A stretch of DNA of 64,000 bases, from NCBI GenBank assembly GCA_026416095.1, contig JAOAFV010000013.1, positions 1,998 to 65,997 of the forward strand, given 5' to 3'. A program made the translations under genes and the position numbers. Shown in pieces: positions 49,248 through 59,974 of the stretch. Position 1 is the stretch's first letter, and each line of letters starts with the position of its first letter. The notes beneath the pieces are model-generated. The model was not told where the DNA came from. It searched no databases and saw nothing but the letters and a program-made list of their open reading frames with translations. The DNA comes from Bacteroidales bacterium (GTDB taxonomy: Bacteria; Bacteroidota; Bacteroidia; Bacteroidales; GWA2-32-17).

Positions 49248-51086
49248 TTATTCAACTGTAACCGATTTGGCAAGATTGCGGGGTTGATCAACGTTGTATC
49301 CTCTATTAACTGCAATGTAATAAGAAAGTAATTGTAGTGGTACAACCGAAAGCAAGGCAGTTAAGATATCAGGGGCTTCAGGTATTTCGATACAATAATC
49401 AGATATCTTTGAAATTTTTTCGTCGCCTTCTGTTATTATAGAAATAACCATTCCTTTTCTTGCTTTAACTTCTTGGATATTGGAAATTATTTTTTCATAA
49501 GTAATATCTTTATTAGAAGCAAGCACTACCACTGGCATCGATTCGTCAATAAGTGCAATAGGTCCATGTTTCATCTCTGCAGCAGGATAACCCTCGGCAT
49601 GTATGTATGATATTTCTTTAAGTTTTAAAGCTCCTTCTAATGCAACAGGGAATAAATAACCCCTTCCAAGGTACAAGCTATTATTTATGTTATTAAATAC
49701 TTGTGCTAATTCTTTAATTTTTTCATGTTGGTTTAGAATTTTTTCGATTTTTTTGGGGATTTCAAACATTTCATTAATGTAATATTCATATTTCTCTTTA
49801 GGCAGAAATCCTCGTTTGTAACCGAGAAGTAAAGCCATTAGCGTCAAGATAGTAATTTGGGCAGTAAAAGCTTTTGTGCTTGCAACACCAATTTCTGGAC
49901 CAGCATGAGTAAATACTCCTGCATGTGTTTCTCGGGCAACTGTACTACCTACAACGTTACATATACCAATTACTGTGGCACCTTTTTCTTTTGCGAGTCG
50001 AATAGCAGCAATAGTATCGGCTGTTTCGCCACTTTGGCTTATTGCAATAACAATGTCATCTTCGTTAATTATTGGATTGCGATATCTAAATTCCGACGCA
50101 TATTCAACTTCGGTTGGTATTTTAGCAAGATCTTCAAGTAGATATTCGCCAACTAAACCTGCATGCCAAGAAGTTCCACATCCAACAATTATTATTCTTT
50201 TTGCATTTATAAGCTTATCCATTACATTATAAAGACCACCAAGCGTTATGCTTTTATCTTTAATAGATAGTCTTCCTCTAAAGGTATCTTCGATAGCACG
50301 AGGCTGTTCAAATATTTCCTTTAACATGAAATGATCGAATCCGCCTTTTTCAATGTCTCCAATTTCAATATCTATTTCTTGAATTACTGGTGTTACTGGA
50401 ACGTTCATTATTGTTTTTAAAGAAAACTCATTTTTTTTAACAATAGCCACCTCATCGTCGTTAAGGAATATAACTCTATTGGTGTATTCAACAATGGGTG
50501 TTGCATCGCTTGCTATAAAGTATTCACCCTCACCAACACCAATAACTAATGGACTTCCTTTACGGGCAGCAAATAAGGTTTCCTTTTCGTCGGTGCAAAC
50601 TACTAAAATGCCGTATGCTCCACAAACTTTTGTTAAAGCAAGTCGTAAGGCAATTTCTGGAGTAACGCGTCCTTTAAGGTATATATATTCGATTAAATTT
50701 GCTAAGACTTCTGTGTCGGTTTGGCTAATAAAATTATAACCCCTATCTTCTAATCGTTTTTTCAAGCGTGCATAATTTTCAATGATTCCATTATGTATTA
50801 TAATAAATTTTTTATTCATAGAAATATGAGGGTGAGCATTAATATCGCTTGGTTCGCCATGAGTAGCCCATCGTGTGTGACCAATACCTATTGTTCCTGT
50901 AAGGTTTAAATTTTTGGTTTTTTCTTCCAAATCTTTAACTTTTCCTTTGTACTTATATATATGGTAATTATCGTTTATAATAGCTAATCCTGCCGAATCA
51001 TAACCTCTATATTCTAATCTTTTTAAACCGTTTATTATGACGGGGTATGCATTTCTGAAACCAATATATCCAACTATCCCACACAT
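49248..51086 (-). CDS. glmS: Glutamine--fructose-6-phosphate aminotransferase
   Basis: MCGIVG, LEYRGYDSAG, GHTRWATHG, SQSGETAD, PRNLAKSVTVE. Confidence 0.98.
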   Translation of the reverse strand: MCGIVGYIGFRNAYPVIINGLKRLEYRGYDSAGLAIINDNYHIYKYKGKVKDLEEKTKNLNLTGTIGIGHTRWATHGEPSDINAHPHISMNKKFIIIHNGIIENYARLKKRLEDRGYNFISQTDTEVLANLIEYIYLKGRVTPEIALRLALTKVCGAYGILVVCTDEKETLFAARKGSPLVIGVGEGEYFIASDATPIVEYTNRVIFLNDDEVAIVKKNEFSLKTIMNVPVTPVIQEIDIEIGDIEKGGFDHFMLKEIFEQPRAIEDTFRGRLSIKDKSITLGGLYNVMDKLINAKRIIIVGCGTSWHAGLVGEYLLEDLAKIPTEVEYASEFRYRNPIINEDDIVIAISQSGETADTIAAIRLAKEKGATVIGICNVVGSTVARETHAGVFTHAGPEIGVASTKAFTAQITILTLMALLLGYKRGFLPKEKYEYYINEMFEIPKKIEKILNQHEKIKELAQVFNNINNSLYLGRGYLFPVALEGALKLKEISYIHAEGYPAAEMKHGPIALIDESMPVVVLASNKDITYEKIISNIQEVKARKGMVISIITEGDEKISKISDYCIEIPEAPDILTALLSVVPLQLLSYYIAVNRGYNVDQPRNLAKSVTVE

Positions 51087-51092
51087 AATTTT

Positions 51093-52370
51093 TTATGGTT
51101 TAATGTAAGTAATTACAAGTTTCATTTGTCTATTTAAAGAATTTGAATTCTTAATAATAACTCTGTGAGCTGCTACTCTATTATCGGCGACCATAAGTAT
51201 AAGGCCTTTGTCTTCTTTTTGACCCGAAGCTAACTGCTGTATATAACGTGCAATGTTAAACCTATATTCTTTTTTTGTATCATCTTTATTCCCATTAAAG
51301 TAAGAGGTGCTTACGTTATAATCTGGTAATAACTCATAGGCTCCTTTAGCATTTTTTGAAACTAATAAAAGCCTTGATGGGGTTTTATAAATGCTTGCTT
51401 CGTGATCTTCTTTTATAGGTATTACTAAATCGGCTTTTACTATAGCAAAAGGCATAAGTTTAGAAAACTGTTTTATAAAAGGAAATTTTATAAGAACATT
51501 TAATCCGGCAGCTCCTTGCAAGTACAATAGTGTATCGCTACCTGTTGTATCATTTATTGAAGTTATTGTTGAATATGAATAATCGTGCTTGAAAATGTTA
51601 ACTCTTGCACATTTATTAGTGATTATCAAATCGTATTTTAAATTAGTGTTATTATCGTTATGATAATATAATGTTATTTTGCTATTAGGGTTTAATAAAT
51701 TAAACGAAATAATGCTTCCTTTGCTATAATTTGGCTCTGTTTTGAAGTATAAACCTTTAATGTATTTAACAAAACTGTTATTCGAAGTAAGATCGGTTTG
51801 TGAAGCATTAAGTATTTTCTGACCAAATTCATTACTCAATTTAAAATGAAGTAAACCACTAGTTGGGCGAGGATAATATTCGAAATTAGCAATTAGGTTT
51901 TGAGATGGTATGTATTCATCGATTTTGAAATTAGAATAATAAACTGAATCGTAATAAATATCTTTTTCTATCTCGTAAATAAAAACATTGTGCGAAACTG
52001 TTGTATCGCCATAATATGATTGATAATCGAGAGTCATGACAACGGAATCGATTATTGGATTTGACCCAAAAGATACATTCGATGTGGTCAAAAAAATTTG
52101 AGTAACAAAAGATGCTTCGGTGTAGCCAAAAACCGGATCTAGATAGCTACCAAGAAGTTGAAAAGAACGTTCGTCGGTTGTAAAAGAATCTTCTTGTATG
52201 GTATATGCAATTATAGATATTGTATCGGTAACAAACCCTTTTACTAACTGGTCGTTTTGTCGTAAGTTTAGCCCAATTTCGGAAGGTTCTTTTTTACATG
52301 AGAAAAGAATTAAAAGAATGTAAAGGAAATTAAAATTCTTCAATAAAATTTTTTTTACAAATTGTATCAT
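51093..52370 (-). CDS. DUF4270 family lipoprotein
   Basis: LFSCKK lipobox, LLGSYLDPVFG, KGLYF; usual position upstream of glmS. Confidence 0.8.
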   Translation of the reverse strand: MIQFVKKILLKNFNFLYILLILFSCKKEPSEIGLNLRQNDQLVKGFVTDTISIIAYTIQEDSFTTDERSFQLLGSYLDPVFGYTEASFVTQIFLTTSNVSFGSNPIIDSVVMTLDYQSYYGDTTVSHNVFIYEIEKDIYYDSVYYSNFKIDEYIPSQNLIANFEYYPRPTSGLLHFKLSNEFGQKILNASQTDLTSNNSFVKYIKGLYFKTEPNYSKGSIISFNLLNPNSKITLYYHNDNNTNLKYDLIITNKCARVNIFKHDYSYSTITSINDTTGSDTLLYLQGAAGLNVLIKFPFIKQFSKLMPFAIVKADLVIPIKEDHEASIYKTPSRLLLVSKNAKGAYELLPDYNVSTSYFNGNKDDTKKEYRFNIARYIQQLASGQKEDKGLILMVADNRVAAHRVIIKNSNSLNRQMKLVITYIKP

Positions 52371-53157
52371 ATATGTTAAGATAATAACTAATGTAATCAT
52401 TCTTGTCTTCTAGATAGTAGATAGTCTTATTTAGCTTTTGGGCAAATTCGATTAGCGAAGAAATTGGCTTTTCCGATGCAAATACAATTTCATCGGAAAA
52501 CATAATAGCAAGTTTCATTAAATTCTCATAAGTTGGTTTTTCAATAATCTTGACGTCGTCGAGCGAAATTTTATCTTGAGGTATTTTTTTATAAAAGTCT
52601 TTATTAAACTCTCCTTTTATATTATCATCATAAATTGTAAATATTACTTTTGCTTTATCAAAAATTGGATCTTCTTCATAACCTTTATGTAGATATAAAG
52701 GTAGTAGAGCACTAAACCAACCATGGCAATGAACTATGTCTGGTGCCCATCTTAATTTTTTTACTGTTTCTAATACTCCTCTAGCATAAAATATTAGCCT
52801 TTCATCGGAATCGGGGAATAAACATCCATTGTCATCAAGTACAGTAAATTTTCTTTTAAAAAATTCTTCATTATCAATAAAATACACTTGCATTCGTGCA
52901 GATTGTATAGAAGCAACTTTAATAATTAAGGGGTGATCGTTGTTGTTAATAACCATGTTTACTCCTGAAAGTCGAATTACTTCGTGCAATTGGAATCTTC
53001 TTTCGTTAATGACACCATATCGAGGCATGAATGTTCTTATTTCATAGCCTTTATCTTGTACAGCTTGTGGTAAATACCTCCCCACTGTTGATAATTTCGA
53101 CTCCGGCAAATAAGGCATTATTTCCTGCATCACAAATAAAATATTACCCTTGCTCAT
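52330..53157 (-). CDS. Glycogen/starch synthase N-terminal (GT5) domain-only protein
   Basis: EIRTFMPRYG.INERR.QLHEVIRLSG, PDIVHCHGW; only 275 aa. Confidence 0.88.
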   Translation of the reverse strand: MSKGNILFVMQEIMPYLPESKLSTVGRYLPQAVQDKGYEIRTFMPRYGVINERRFQLHEVIRLSGVNMVINNNDHPLIIKVASIQSARMQVYFIDNEEFFKRKFTVLDDNGCLFPDSDERLIFYARGVLETVKKLRWAPDIVHCHGWFSALLPLYLHKGYEEDPIFDKAKVIFTIYDDNIKGEFNKDFYKKIPQDKISLDDVKIIEKPTYENLMKLAIMFSDEIVFASEKPISSLIEFAQKLNKTIYYLEDKNDYISYYLNIYDTICKKNFIEEF

Positions 53158-53375
53158 TCGTCTTAGATAAAAGATTAACTTACAAAGATAAGTATTTTTG
53201 TAAAATTTTACAATGATCTGGTTGGTTTTAATTAGTCAAAATAAATGTTAAATTAATCAAATATCTTATTATTGGATAGTTTTAGTGAAATTTTTATTTT
53301 TTTTAAATGTTATAAGTTAATAAAATTATTTTTTTAAAATTCTATCAATTTGATACTTTTGAGAAATTTTTTTGA

Positions 53376-54065
53376 ATGGTTTTTGGAGTAGTAATTTTTC
53401 CAGGAAGTAATTGTGATCATGATGTTATATATGTTTTAGAAACAATACTACAACAAAAAGTAGAAATATTATGGCATAAAGATACAAAATTAAAAATGGT
53501 TGATGCCATAATTTTACCTGGTGGGTTTTCGTATGGCGATTACTTAAGGGCTGGTGCAATAGCTCGTTTTTCTCCTATTATGCAAGAAGTTATAAATTTT
53601 GCACAAAAAGATGGTTTTGTAATGGGAATATGTAATGGATTTCAGATATTATGTGAAGCAGGTTTATTGCCAGGTACATTATTGCATAATATTAATCATA
53701 GATTTATTTGTAAAAATGTATACATAAAGGCAGAGAATAAGAATACAATACTTACACGACATATACCCGAAAACATGGTATTGAAAATTCCTATTGCTCA
53801 TGCTCAAGGAAATTATTATGTCGACAACAATACTTTGGAGAAAATGAAAATTAACGGTCAAATAATTTTTAAATATTGTAATAAAGATGGAATTACATCA
53901 AGTGATGCAAATCCTAATGGTTCCATAGAAAACATTGCTGGTGTATGTAACGAGAAAAAGAATGTATTTGGTTTAATGCCACACCCCGAAAGAGCAGCCG
54001 ATAAAATGCTTTTTAATACCGACGGACTTTACTTGTTCGAAAGTATTATAAAAGAATTATCGTAA
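53376..54065 (+). CDS. purQ: FGAM synthase glutaminase subunit PurQ
   Basis: FPGSNCD, PGGFSYGDYLR, GICNGFQ, MPHPER. Confidence 0.97.
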   Translation: MVFGVVIFPGSNCDHDVIYVLETILQQKVEILWHKDTKLKMVDAIILPGGFSYGDYLRAGAIARFSPIMQEVINFAQKDGFVMGICNGFQILCEAGLLPGTLLHNINHRFICKNVYIKAENKNTILTRHIPENMVLKIPIAHAQGNYYVDNNTLEKMKINGQIIFKYCNKDGITSSDANPNGSIENIAGVCNEKKNVFGLMPHPERAADKMLFNTDGLYLFESIIKELS

Positions 54066-54068
54066 AAA

Positions 54069-55091
54069 TTAACACTTAGCAAAAGGAACTACTTTTAAAT
54101 CGTCAACCATTCCCGCTAGGTATTTATAATAACCCACAATGCCCACCATTGCTGCATTATCGGTGGTTAAGAATTTAGGAGGTAAATAAATTTTTATATT
54201 TTCGTTTTCTAATTCTTTAAATCTTCTTCTAACCTCCGAGTTAGCAGAAACACCCCCACTTAAAGTAACTTCTCTTATTCCTGTTTGCTTAACTGCAAGC
54301 TTAATTTTTAAAATTAAAAAGTCTACAATACATCTCTGATACGAGGCACAAATATCGTTTATATTTTCATTAATAAAGTTTTGATTTTTTTGGATATTAT
54401 CTCTTAAAAAGTATAACAAAGAAGTTTTTATTCCACTAAAACTAAAATCCAAATTGGGAATAGTAGGTATAGGAAACTGAAATTTATGAGGATTTCCTTT
54501 TTGTGCACAGTTATCTATATAAGGTCCTCCTGGATATGGGAACCCCATCATTTTAGCAGCTTTATCGAATGCTTCGCCTGCAGCATCATCGAGTGTGTTA
54601 CCTATTATTTCATATTTTAGATAGTCGTGAATAATAATTATTTGAGTATGGCCTCCAGAAATAAGTAATGACAAGTGAGGGAAAGTAGGAAAACTTTGAT
54701 TGTCTTCTAATTTTATAAAATGCGAAAGCACATGTGCATGAAGATGATTAACAGCAATTAATGGTTTACCTAAGGCAACAGCCAAACCTTTAGCAAATGA
54801 GTTCCCAACAAGTAAAGAACCCATTAAGCCTGGCCCATTAGTAAATGATATTGCATTTACTTCCGATAATTTTATTGAAGCCTTATCTAAAGCACATTCT
54901 AAAACCGGTATAATATTTAAAAGATGTGCACGCGAAGCAAATTCTGGAACTACACCACCATATTTGTTATGAACATCTTGGTTATAAACAACATTACTTA
55001 ATAATGCATTGTTTTTTAATATGGCTATCGACGTATCGTCGCAAGATGTTTCTATTCCTAAGATTATTATTTCTTTGTCGTTGAAAAGCAT
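54069..55091 (-). CDS. tsaD: tRNA t6A threonylcarbamoyltransferase TsaD
   Basis: GIETSCDDT, GGVVPE, HLHAH, SGGHT, DDAAGEAFDK, TDNAAM. Confidence 0.97.
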   Translation of the reverse strand: MLFNDKEIIILGIETSCDDTSIAILKNNALLSNVVYNQDVHNKYGGVVPEFASRAHLLNIIPVLECALDKASIKLSEVNAISFTNGPGLMGSLLVGNSFAKGLAVALGKPLIAVNHLHAHVLSHFIKLEDNQSFPTFPHLSLLISGGHTQIIIIHDYLKYEIIGNTLDDAAGEAFDKAAKMMGFPYPGGPYIDNCAQKGNPHKFQFPIPTIPNLDFSFSGIKTSLLYFLRDNIQKNQNFINENINDICASYQRCIVDFLILKIKLAVKQTGIREVTLSGGVSANSEVRRRFKELENENIKIYLPPKFLTTDNAAMVGIVGYYKYLAGMVDDLKVVPFAKC

Positions 55092-55128
55092 TATATTTGT
55101 ATTTTAAATTTTTGCAAAAATAAGTATT

Positions 55129-58100
55129 TTGAAAAAAATATTATATATAATTATTTTAACAGTATTGTGTAGTGTATGTTGTATTTTTTTGATTTTTAAA
55201 AGTCCTTTCATACAAACAAAAATAATAAAAAAATTAACTACATATATTCAAGACTACTTACATACAAAGGTCGAGATAGGAAGCGTAGATTTTACTTTTT
55301 TCAATAACTTTATTTTTAATGATATAACAATTTACGATACAACAAACGATACACTTTTTTATGTTAAAACCGTTATTCTTAATACTAATATTCTTAAATT
55401 TTTAAAAGATAGCATTACAATTAATAAAGTACATATAGAATATCCCTTAATTAAAATAAATGCAATTGATAGTATCAATTACAATTATACATTTTTGCAG
55501 AAACTTTTCGAAAGTAATAATAACTCAAAGAGATCTTCGCGGTTAAGTATTAAACTAAAAAAATTTATTATAAAAAATGGGAGTTTAATAATTAATACAA
55601 ACAGTGCTAATAACAATTTTAAAAAATTTTACATTAAAAAGTTAAATTTACATGTAAGCAATTTTTTACTTAAAGAAGATATTGTAGCCTTAAATATAAA
55701 TAAACTTACTTTTAGAGAAAGGTATAAAAACTTAAAATTAAAGAATTTTTCGGCTAACATTGTAAAAGATAATAAAAAAACAAAAATTGAGAAGTTAATA
55801 ATAGAAGCAAATAATTCTTTTTTATTTTTAAATAAGTTAATCTTCAAATATAAAAAGTTTAACGATTTAATTGAATTAGACAAAAATACTAAAATTTATT
55901 TAGATATAAAGAATTCAAGCATTTATTTGAAAGACCTTTCTATAGTATCAACTGTTTTTGAAGAGTTTACAAACGAAAAATTTAGCTTAAGCGGAATAAT
56001 TAAGGGTAATTTAAGCAATCTAAAAACAAATAATTTGTTGATAAGCTTATCGAACAAGACATATGTAAAAGGTAATTATAATATAATCGACATTACAAAA
56101 CCAGATAAAACTTTTTTTGTATTTAATTTCGATACTTTATCGGTTTTTAAAAACGATATAAAATTTTTAGAAAAATTTATCAATAAATCGATTTTAGATT
56201 TGGCTTCTGAAATAAATACAGTATTTTATAAAGGGAATATACTAGGCTTTCTTAATAATTTTGTTACTTCAGGTTATCTTGAAACTAATATCGGAAAAGT
56301 TAATTCTAACGTTAAAATTATTATTGATACACTTAGCAAAACTACAACTATCGATGGTTCAATTTCTACCGAAGACTTTAATATTGCAAAAATTATAAAA
56401 GGGAAAAATTTATTTGGTAATATAAGTTTTAAGGGTAACTTAAATTTAATAATAGGACAAAAAGGTTTTAAAGGAAATGGAAAATTAAGTATAAGTAAAG
56501 TTTTTATTAATAATTACCTTTATTCAAATATTGAAACTGAAGGCAATTTTACAGATAAATATTTTGATGGTTCTTTTAGTATTTCCGATCCAAACATAAA
56601 ATTTAGTTTTATAGGAAAAGTTGATTTTTCTTCAAAATTACCTGTTTTAAATTTTATGGCAGACTTTAAATACATTAAACTTAATAATTTAAACATTGTA
56701 AACCCCGATTCTCAATATACTTTATCGTTTATGATTGATTCAAAAATAACAGGCAAAGATATTTCAAATATTTACGGTAATTTGAATATTTACCAGGCTA
56801 AGTTTTACAATAAAAATAAGGAATATAATTTGAATGACATTAGTATTAATATTTCTTCGTTAAACGATAAACATTTATTAAAAGTAAATTCTGATTTTGT
56901 TATAGCTGAAATTAGTGGTGAATTTTCTAAAGAAAAGTTGCTTGATAATATTAAGGCATTTCTGCTTCCATATCTTAAAATTAAGAATTTTAACGACAAT
57001 ATTAAAATGTCTCGATCAGAAAATTTTGATCTAAAAGTAAAACTTATTCAACTTTATCATCCTTTGCTTTCATATTTCTTTCCAATAATACACGATTTCT
57101 CTGGTTTAAATTTAAAAATTTTTTTAAGTAATAATCATTATGAAACAAATATAAAAACAGATTCTTTAGTTTTGTTTAATAATATTAAATTAACAAATAT
57201 AAATTTAGAATCTTTTATTAAAAAAGACTCTTTGGTATTTTCTTTGAGTATCGATTCAGTTGTAGCTTCCGAAAAAAATAGAATAAACAATATTATTTTA
57301 CACAATTATTTGAAAAATAACGAAATATCTACAGTTTTAAAAATTGGAAATAATAGTTCATTAATTAAAGAATCAATAGTTACATTAAATTCTCATCTTT
57401 CTGAAAATATTTATCCAATATTTTTTGTAATAAATCCTTCATACATTACAATAATGAACGAGAAAATATTTATAAACAAATCGCAGTTAGCATTGGATAC
57501 AACTAAAATTAATGTTAAACACTTAAGTTTAAATACCTTAAATCAGGGGCTCGAAGTAACTGGAAACATAGGAGCCGATTACTCCGATAGTTTAAGAATT
57601 ATTTTCAAAAATATTTTACTTTCACAGCTAAATATTTTTACTTCCGATAATAATTTTACATTTAATGGTAAAGTAAATGGAAGTGCAACCATTTTAAGTG
57701 CTTTGAAAACTCCAATAGTGATAGGTAATTTAAATATAGATACTTTAACTATTAATAACGAAAATTTTGGAAGATTTGAGATTAATGCATCCTGGAATAA
57801 ACATTTACAAAGGATTGATTATAAGGTTAAATCGTATAGAGGTAAAATTAAAACAATAGATGCAGAAGGTCACTATGACAACGAAAACAACATATATGCT
57901 AATATTTTCTTAGATAAATGGAGGTTAAATCTTTTAGAACCGTTTGTTAAATCTTTCAGCTCGGAAATTAAAGGTAATCTTTCAGGTAATTTAAAAATAA
58001 CTGGAAAAATAAATAAACCTGAAATTAATGGTACGCTTAATTTAGTTAAAGCTGCAATTAAAATCGATTACCTTAATACAAGATATAATTTTACAGGCGA

Positions 58101-59460
58101 TGTTAATGTTACTTCGAATGCTTTTGAATTAAACAATATAGATTTATACGATAGCGATGGTAATATCGCAAAACTTAATGGTAAAATAACTCATAATTAC
58201 TTTAGTAATATTTACGTCGATTTTAATATAAATACTCAAAAATTTATGTGTTTAAATACTAAGCCCTCACCAGAGCAACTATATTTTGGTACAGTTTTTA
58301 CAACAGGAATTGTAAATATTCATGGATTTGTAGATAAAATTATAAACATTGAAGCCAATGTACAAACAGATAAGGGTAGTATTTTCTTTCTAAACCTTGA
58401 ATCTACCGAAGAGTTATCGGAACGTCCATATATTAAATTTGTTAGCTCTAATAAGATTGCAATTGAAGAAAGAAAAAGTATAACAACAGAAGATCTTGGG
58501 TTAACATTGAATTTCAACATACAAGCAACTCCATATGCGAATGTTGAATTAATTTTTGATTCAAAAACAAATGATATATTAAAAGCCAAAGGTACAGGAA
58601 ATCTACGCTTACAATTATCTAATAAAGGAATATTTACTATATACGGAAATTACGAAATTCAAGAAGGTAACTATATGTTTTCTATAAGAAATTTAGTTAA
58701 AAAAGAATTTAATATTGTAGAAGGATCTAATATTACATTCAATGGCGATCCATTAAACGCAGCTGTAAATGTTAAAACATTATATAAAATAAGAACTAAT
58801 CTTATAGAATTAATGCTAGATTCTACCTATAGGGAAAGAACAACTGTTAATTGTTTCTTAAACTTATCGGGAAAACTTACTCAACCAGTATTAAACTTTC
58901 AAATAGAAATACCAGGTGCAGATAGTAAGGTTACGAGTGTGTTAAATTCGTTAACTGAAGAAGAAAAAAGTAAACAGTTCATTTCTCTTCTTGTTCTTAA
59001 TAAATTTATTACACCTGAACTATATAGAGGCGGTATAAAAACTACCGATTATAATCCAATTGGAGCAAACACTTCAGAATACTTTACAAATCAAATAAAT
59101 AATTGGTTAAACTCTATTTCTAAGAATGTAAATGTTAAAATTAATTATCGACCTGGTTCGGAACTATCGAACGAGGAAATGGCAATTGCTTTAAACACCC
59201 AAATTTTAAACGATAGAATATCTATACACACAAATTTTGGCATGTCGAATAGTAATCAACCCGATCAGTCATATTTAATTGGCGATTTCGAAATGAATGC
59301 AATTATAAGCAAAAACAAAAAACTTAGAATGAAAGTTTTCAACAGAACAAATAATAGAATTTTCAAAGAAAACTCGCCTTATACCCAAGGTATTGGTATA
59401 TCATATTCCGATGAGTTTAACTCATTTAAAGATTTATACCAACGATTATTTGCTAATTAG
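55129..59460 (+). CDS. tamB: Translocation/assembly module TamB-like protein
   Basis: N-terminal anchor PFIQTKI, long beta-taco repeats, C-terminal FNGDP, QFISLLVLNKF, YTQGIGISY; divergent from tsaD. Confidence 0.85.
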   Translation: MKKILYIIILTVLCSVCCIFLIFKSPFIQTKIIKKLTTYIQDYLHTKVEIGSVDFTFFNNFIFNDITIYDTTNDTLFYVKTVILNTNILKFLKDSITINKVHIEYPLIKINAIDSINYNYTFLQKLFESNNNSKRSSRLSIKLKKFIIKNGSLIINTNSANNNFKKFYIKKLNLHVSNFLLKEDIVALNINKLTFRERYKNLKLKNFSANIVKDNKKTKIEKLIIEANNSFLFLNKLIFKYKKFNDLIELDKNTKIYLDIKNSSIYLKDLSIVSTVFEEFTNEKFSLSGIIKGNLSNLKTNNLLISLSNKTYVKGNYNIIDITKPDKTFFVFNFDTLSVFKNDIKFLEKFINKSILDLASEINTVFYKGNILGFLNNFVTSGYLETNIGKVNSNVKIIIDTLSKTTTIDGSISTEDFNIAKIIKGKNLFGNISFKGNLNLIIGQKGFKGNGKLSISKVFINNYLYSNIETEGNFTDKYFDGSFSISDPNIKFSFIGKVDFSSKLPVLNFMADFKYIKLNNLNIVNPDSQYTLSFMIDSKITGKDISNIYGNLNIYQAKFYNKNKEYNLNDISINISSLNDKHLLKVNSDFVIAEISGEFSKEKLLDNIKAFLLPYLKIKNFNDNIKMSRSENFDLKVKLIQLYHPLLSYFFPIIHDFSGLNLKIFLSNNHYETNIKTDSLVLFNNIKLTNINLESFIKKDSLVFSLSIDSVVASEKNRINNIILHNYLKNNEISTVLKIGNNSSLIKESIVTLNSHLSENIYPIFFVINPSYITIMNEKIFINKSQLALDTTKINVKHLSLNTLNQGLEVTGNIGADYSDSLRIIFKNILLSQLNIFTSDNNFTFNGKVNGSATILSALKTPIVIGNLNIDTLTINNENFGRFEINASWNKHLQRIDYKVKSYRGKIKTIDAEGHYDNENNIYANIFLDKWRLNLLEPFVKSFSSEIKGNLSGNLKITGKINKPEINGTLNLVKAAIKIDYLNTRYNFTGDVNVTSNAFELNNIDLYDSDGNIAKLNGKITHNYFSNIYVDFNINTQKFMCLNTKPSPEQLYFGTVFTTGIVNIHGFVDKIINIEANVQTDKGSIFFLNLESTEELSERPYIKFVSSNKIAIEERKSITTEDLGLTLNFNIQATPYANVELIFDSKTNDILKAKGTGNLRLQLSNKGIFTIYGNYEIQEGNYMFSIRNLVKKEFNIVEGSNITFNGDPLNAAVNVKTLYKIRTNLIELMLDSTYRERTTVNCFLNLSGKLTQPVLNFQIEIPGADSKVTSVLNSLTEEEKSKQFISLLVLNKFITPELYRGGIKTTDYNPIGANTSEYFTNQINNWLNSISKNVNVKINYRPGSELSNEEMAIALNTQILNDRISIHTNFGMSNSNQPDQSYLIGDFEMNAIISKNKKLRMKVFNRTNNRIFKENSPYTQGIGISYSDEFNSFKDLYQRLFAN

Positions 59461-59542
59461 TTTTTTGAAAGAACCCTTAATATAAATGCACAACTCATTT
59501 GTGTTTATTCATAAACTAAAAAATTTTTTATTAGTTGAATTT

Positions 59543-59974
59543 TTAGTTGTGAATATATAATATCATGTCGTGTTGGTCAAAAGTTGTTTTGTATGTTTTT
59601 AAACTTTTTTTTGAAGGCCCACTAATATAAGAGCCGTCGTATATTGAATACGATGAATTACAATGCTCACAAATTAAATATATATTAGTTGAATCAACCC
59701 AAACCTTATATTTTTTTTCTATCTTGTAAGGACAACATTGATCAATTGCCGAAAATTCTTCATTATTTTTCCTGTAAACTACAATTCCGCATACACCTCC
59801 ATTTATGTAAACATAATTTCCTATAGTTTGAAGTGTAATAAAATCTGGATCTGTTAAGTGTAGTGCTATATTTACCGAAACGTCGGGAATATTGTTGTCT
59901 TTCTTGCAAAAAGTAAACATTATAAAGAAATAAATTATTGTAAGAAAAATGTTTAATTTTGTCATTAATTTCAA
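59543..59974 (-). CDS. Rieske-like fold lipoprotein
   Basis: Lipobox TFC-KK; GIVVYR...AIDQCCPY...CEHCNSSYSIYDG...GP..SLKTY. Start probably at the downstream ATG. Confidence 0.7.
   Translation of the reverse strand: MKLMTKLNIFLTIIYFFIMFTFCKKDNNIPDVSVNIALHLTDPDFITLQTIGNYVYINGGVCGIVVYRKNNEEFSAIDQCCPYKIEKKYKVWVDSTNIYLICEHCNSSYSIYDGSYISGPSKKSLKTYKTTFDQHDMILYIHN

Noticed and set aside
49220-49345. N-terminal extension of bamD given in the ORF track
   Set aside because: Overlaps the glmS 3' end; the signal peptide and promoter indicate a start at 49219.
51087-51092. glmS ribozyme
   Set aside because: Only 6 bp separate DUF4270 and glmS, leaving no room.
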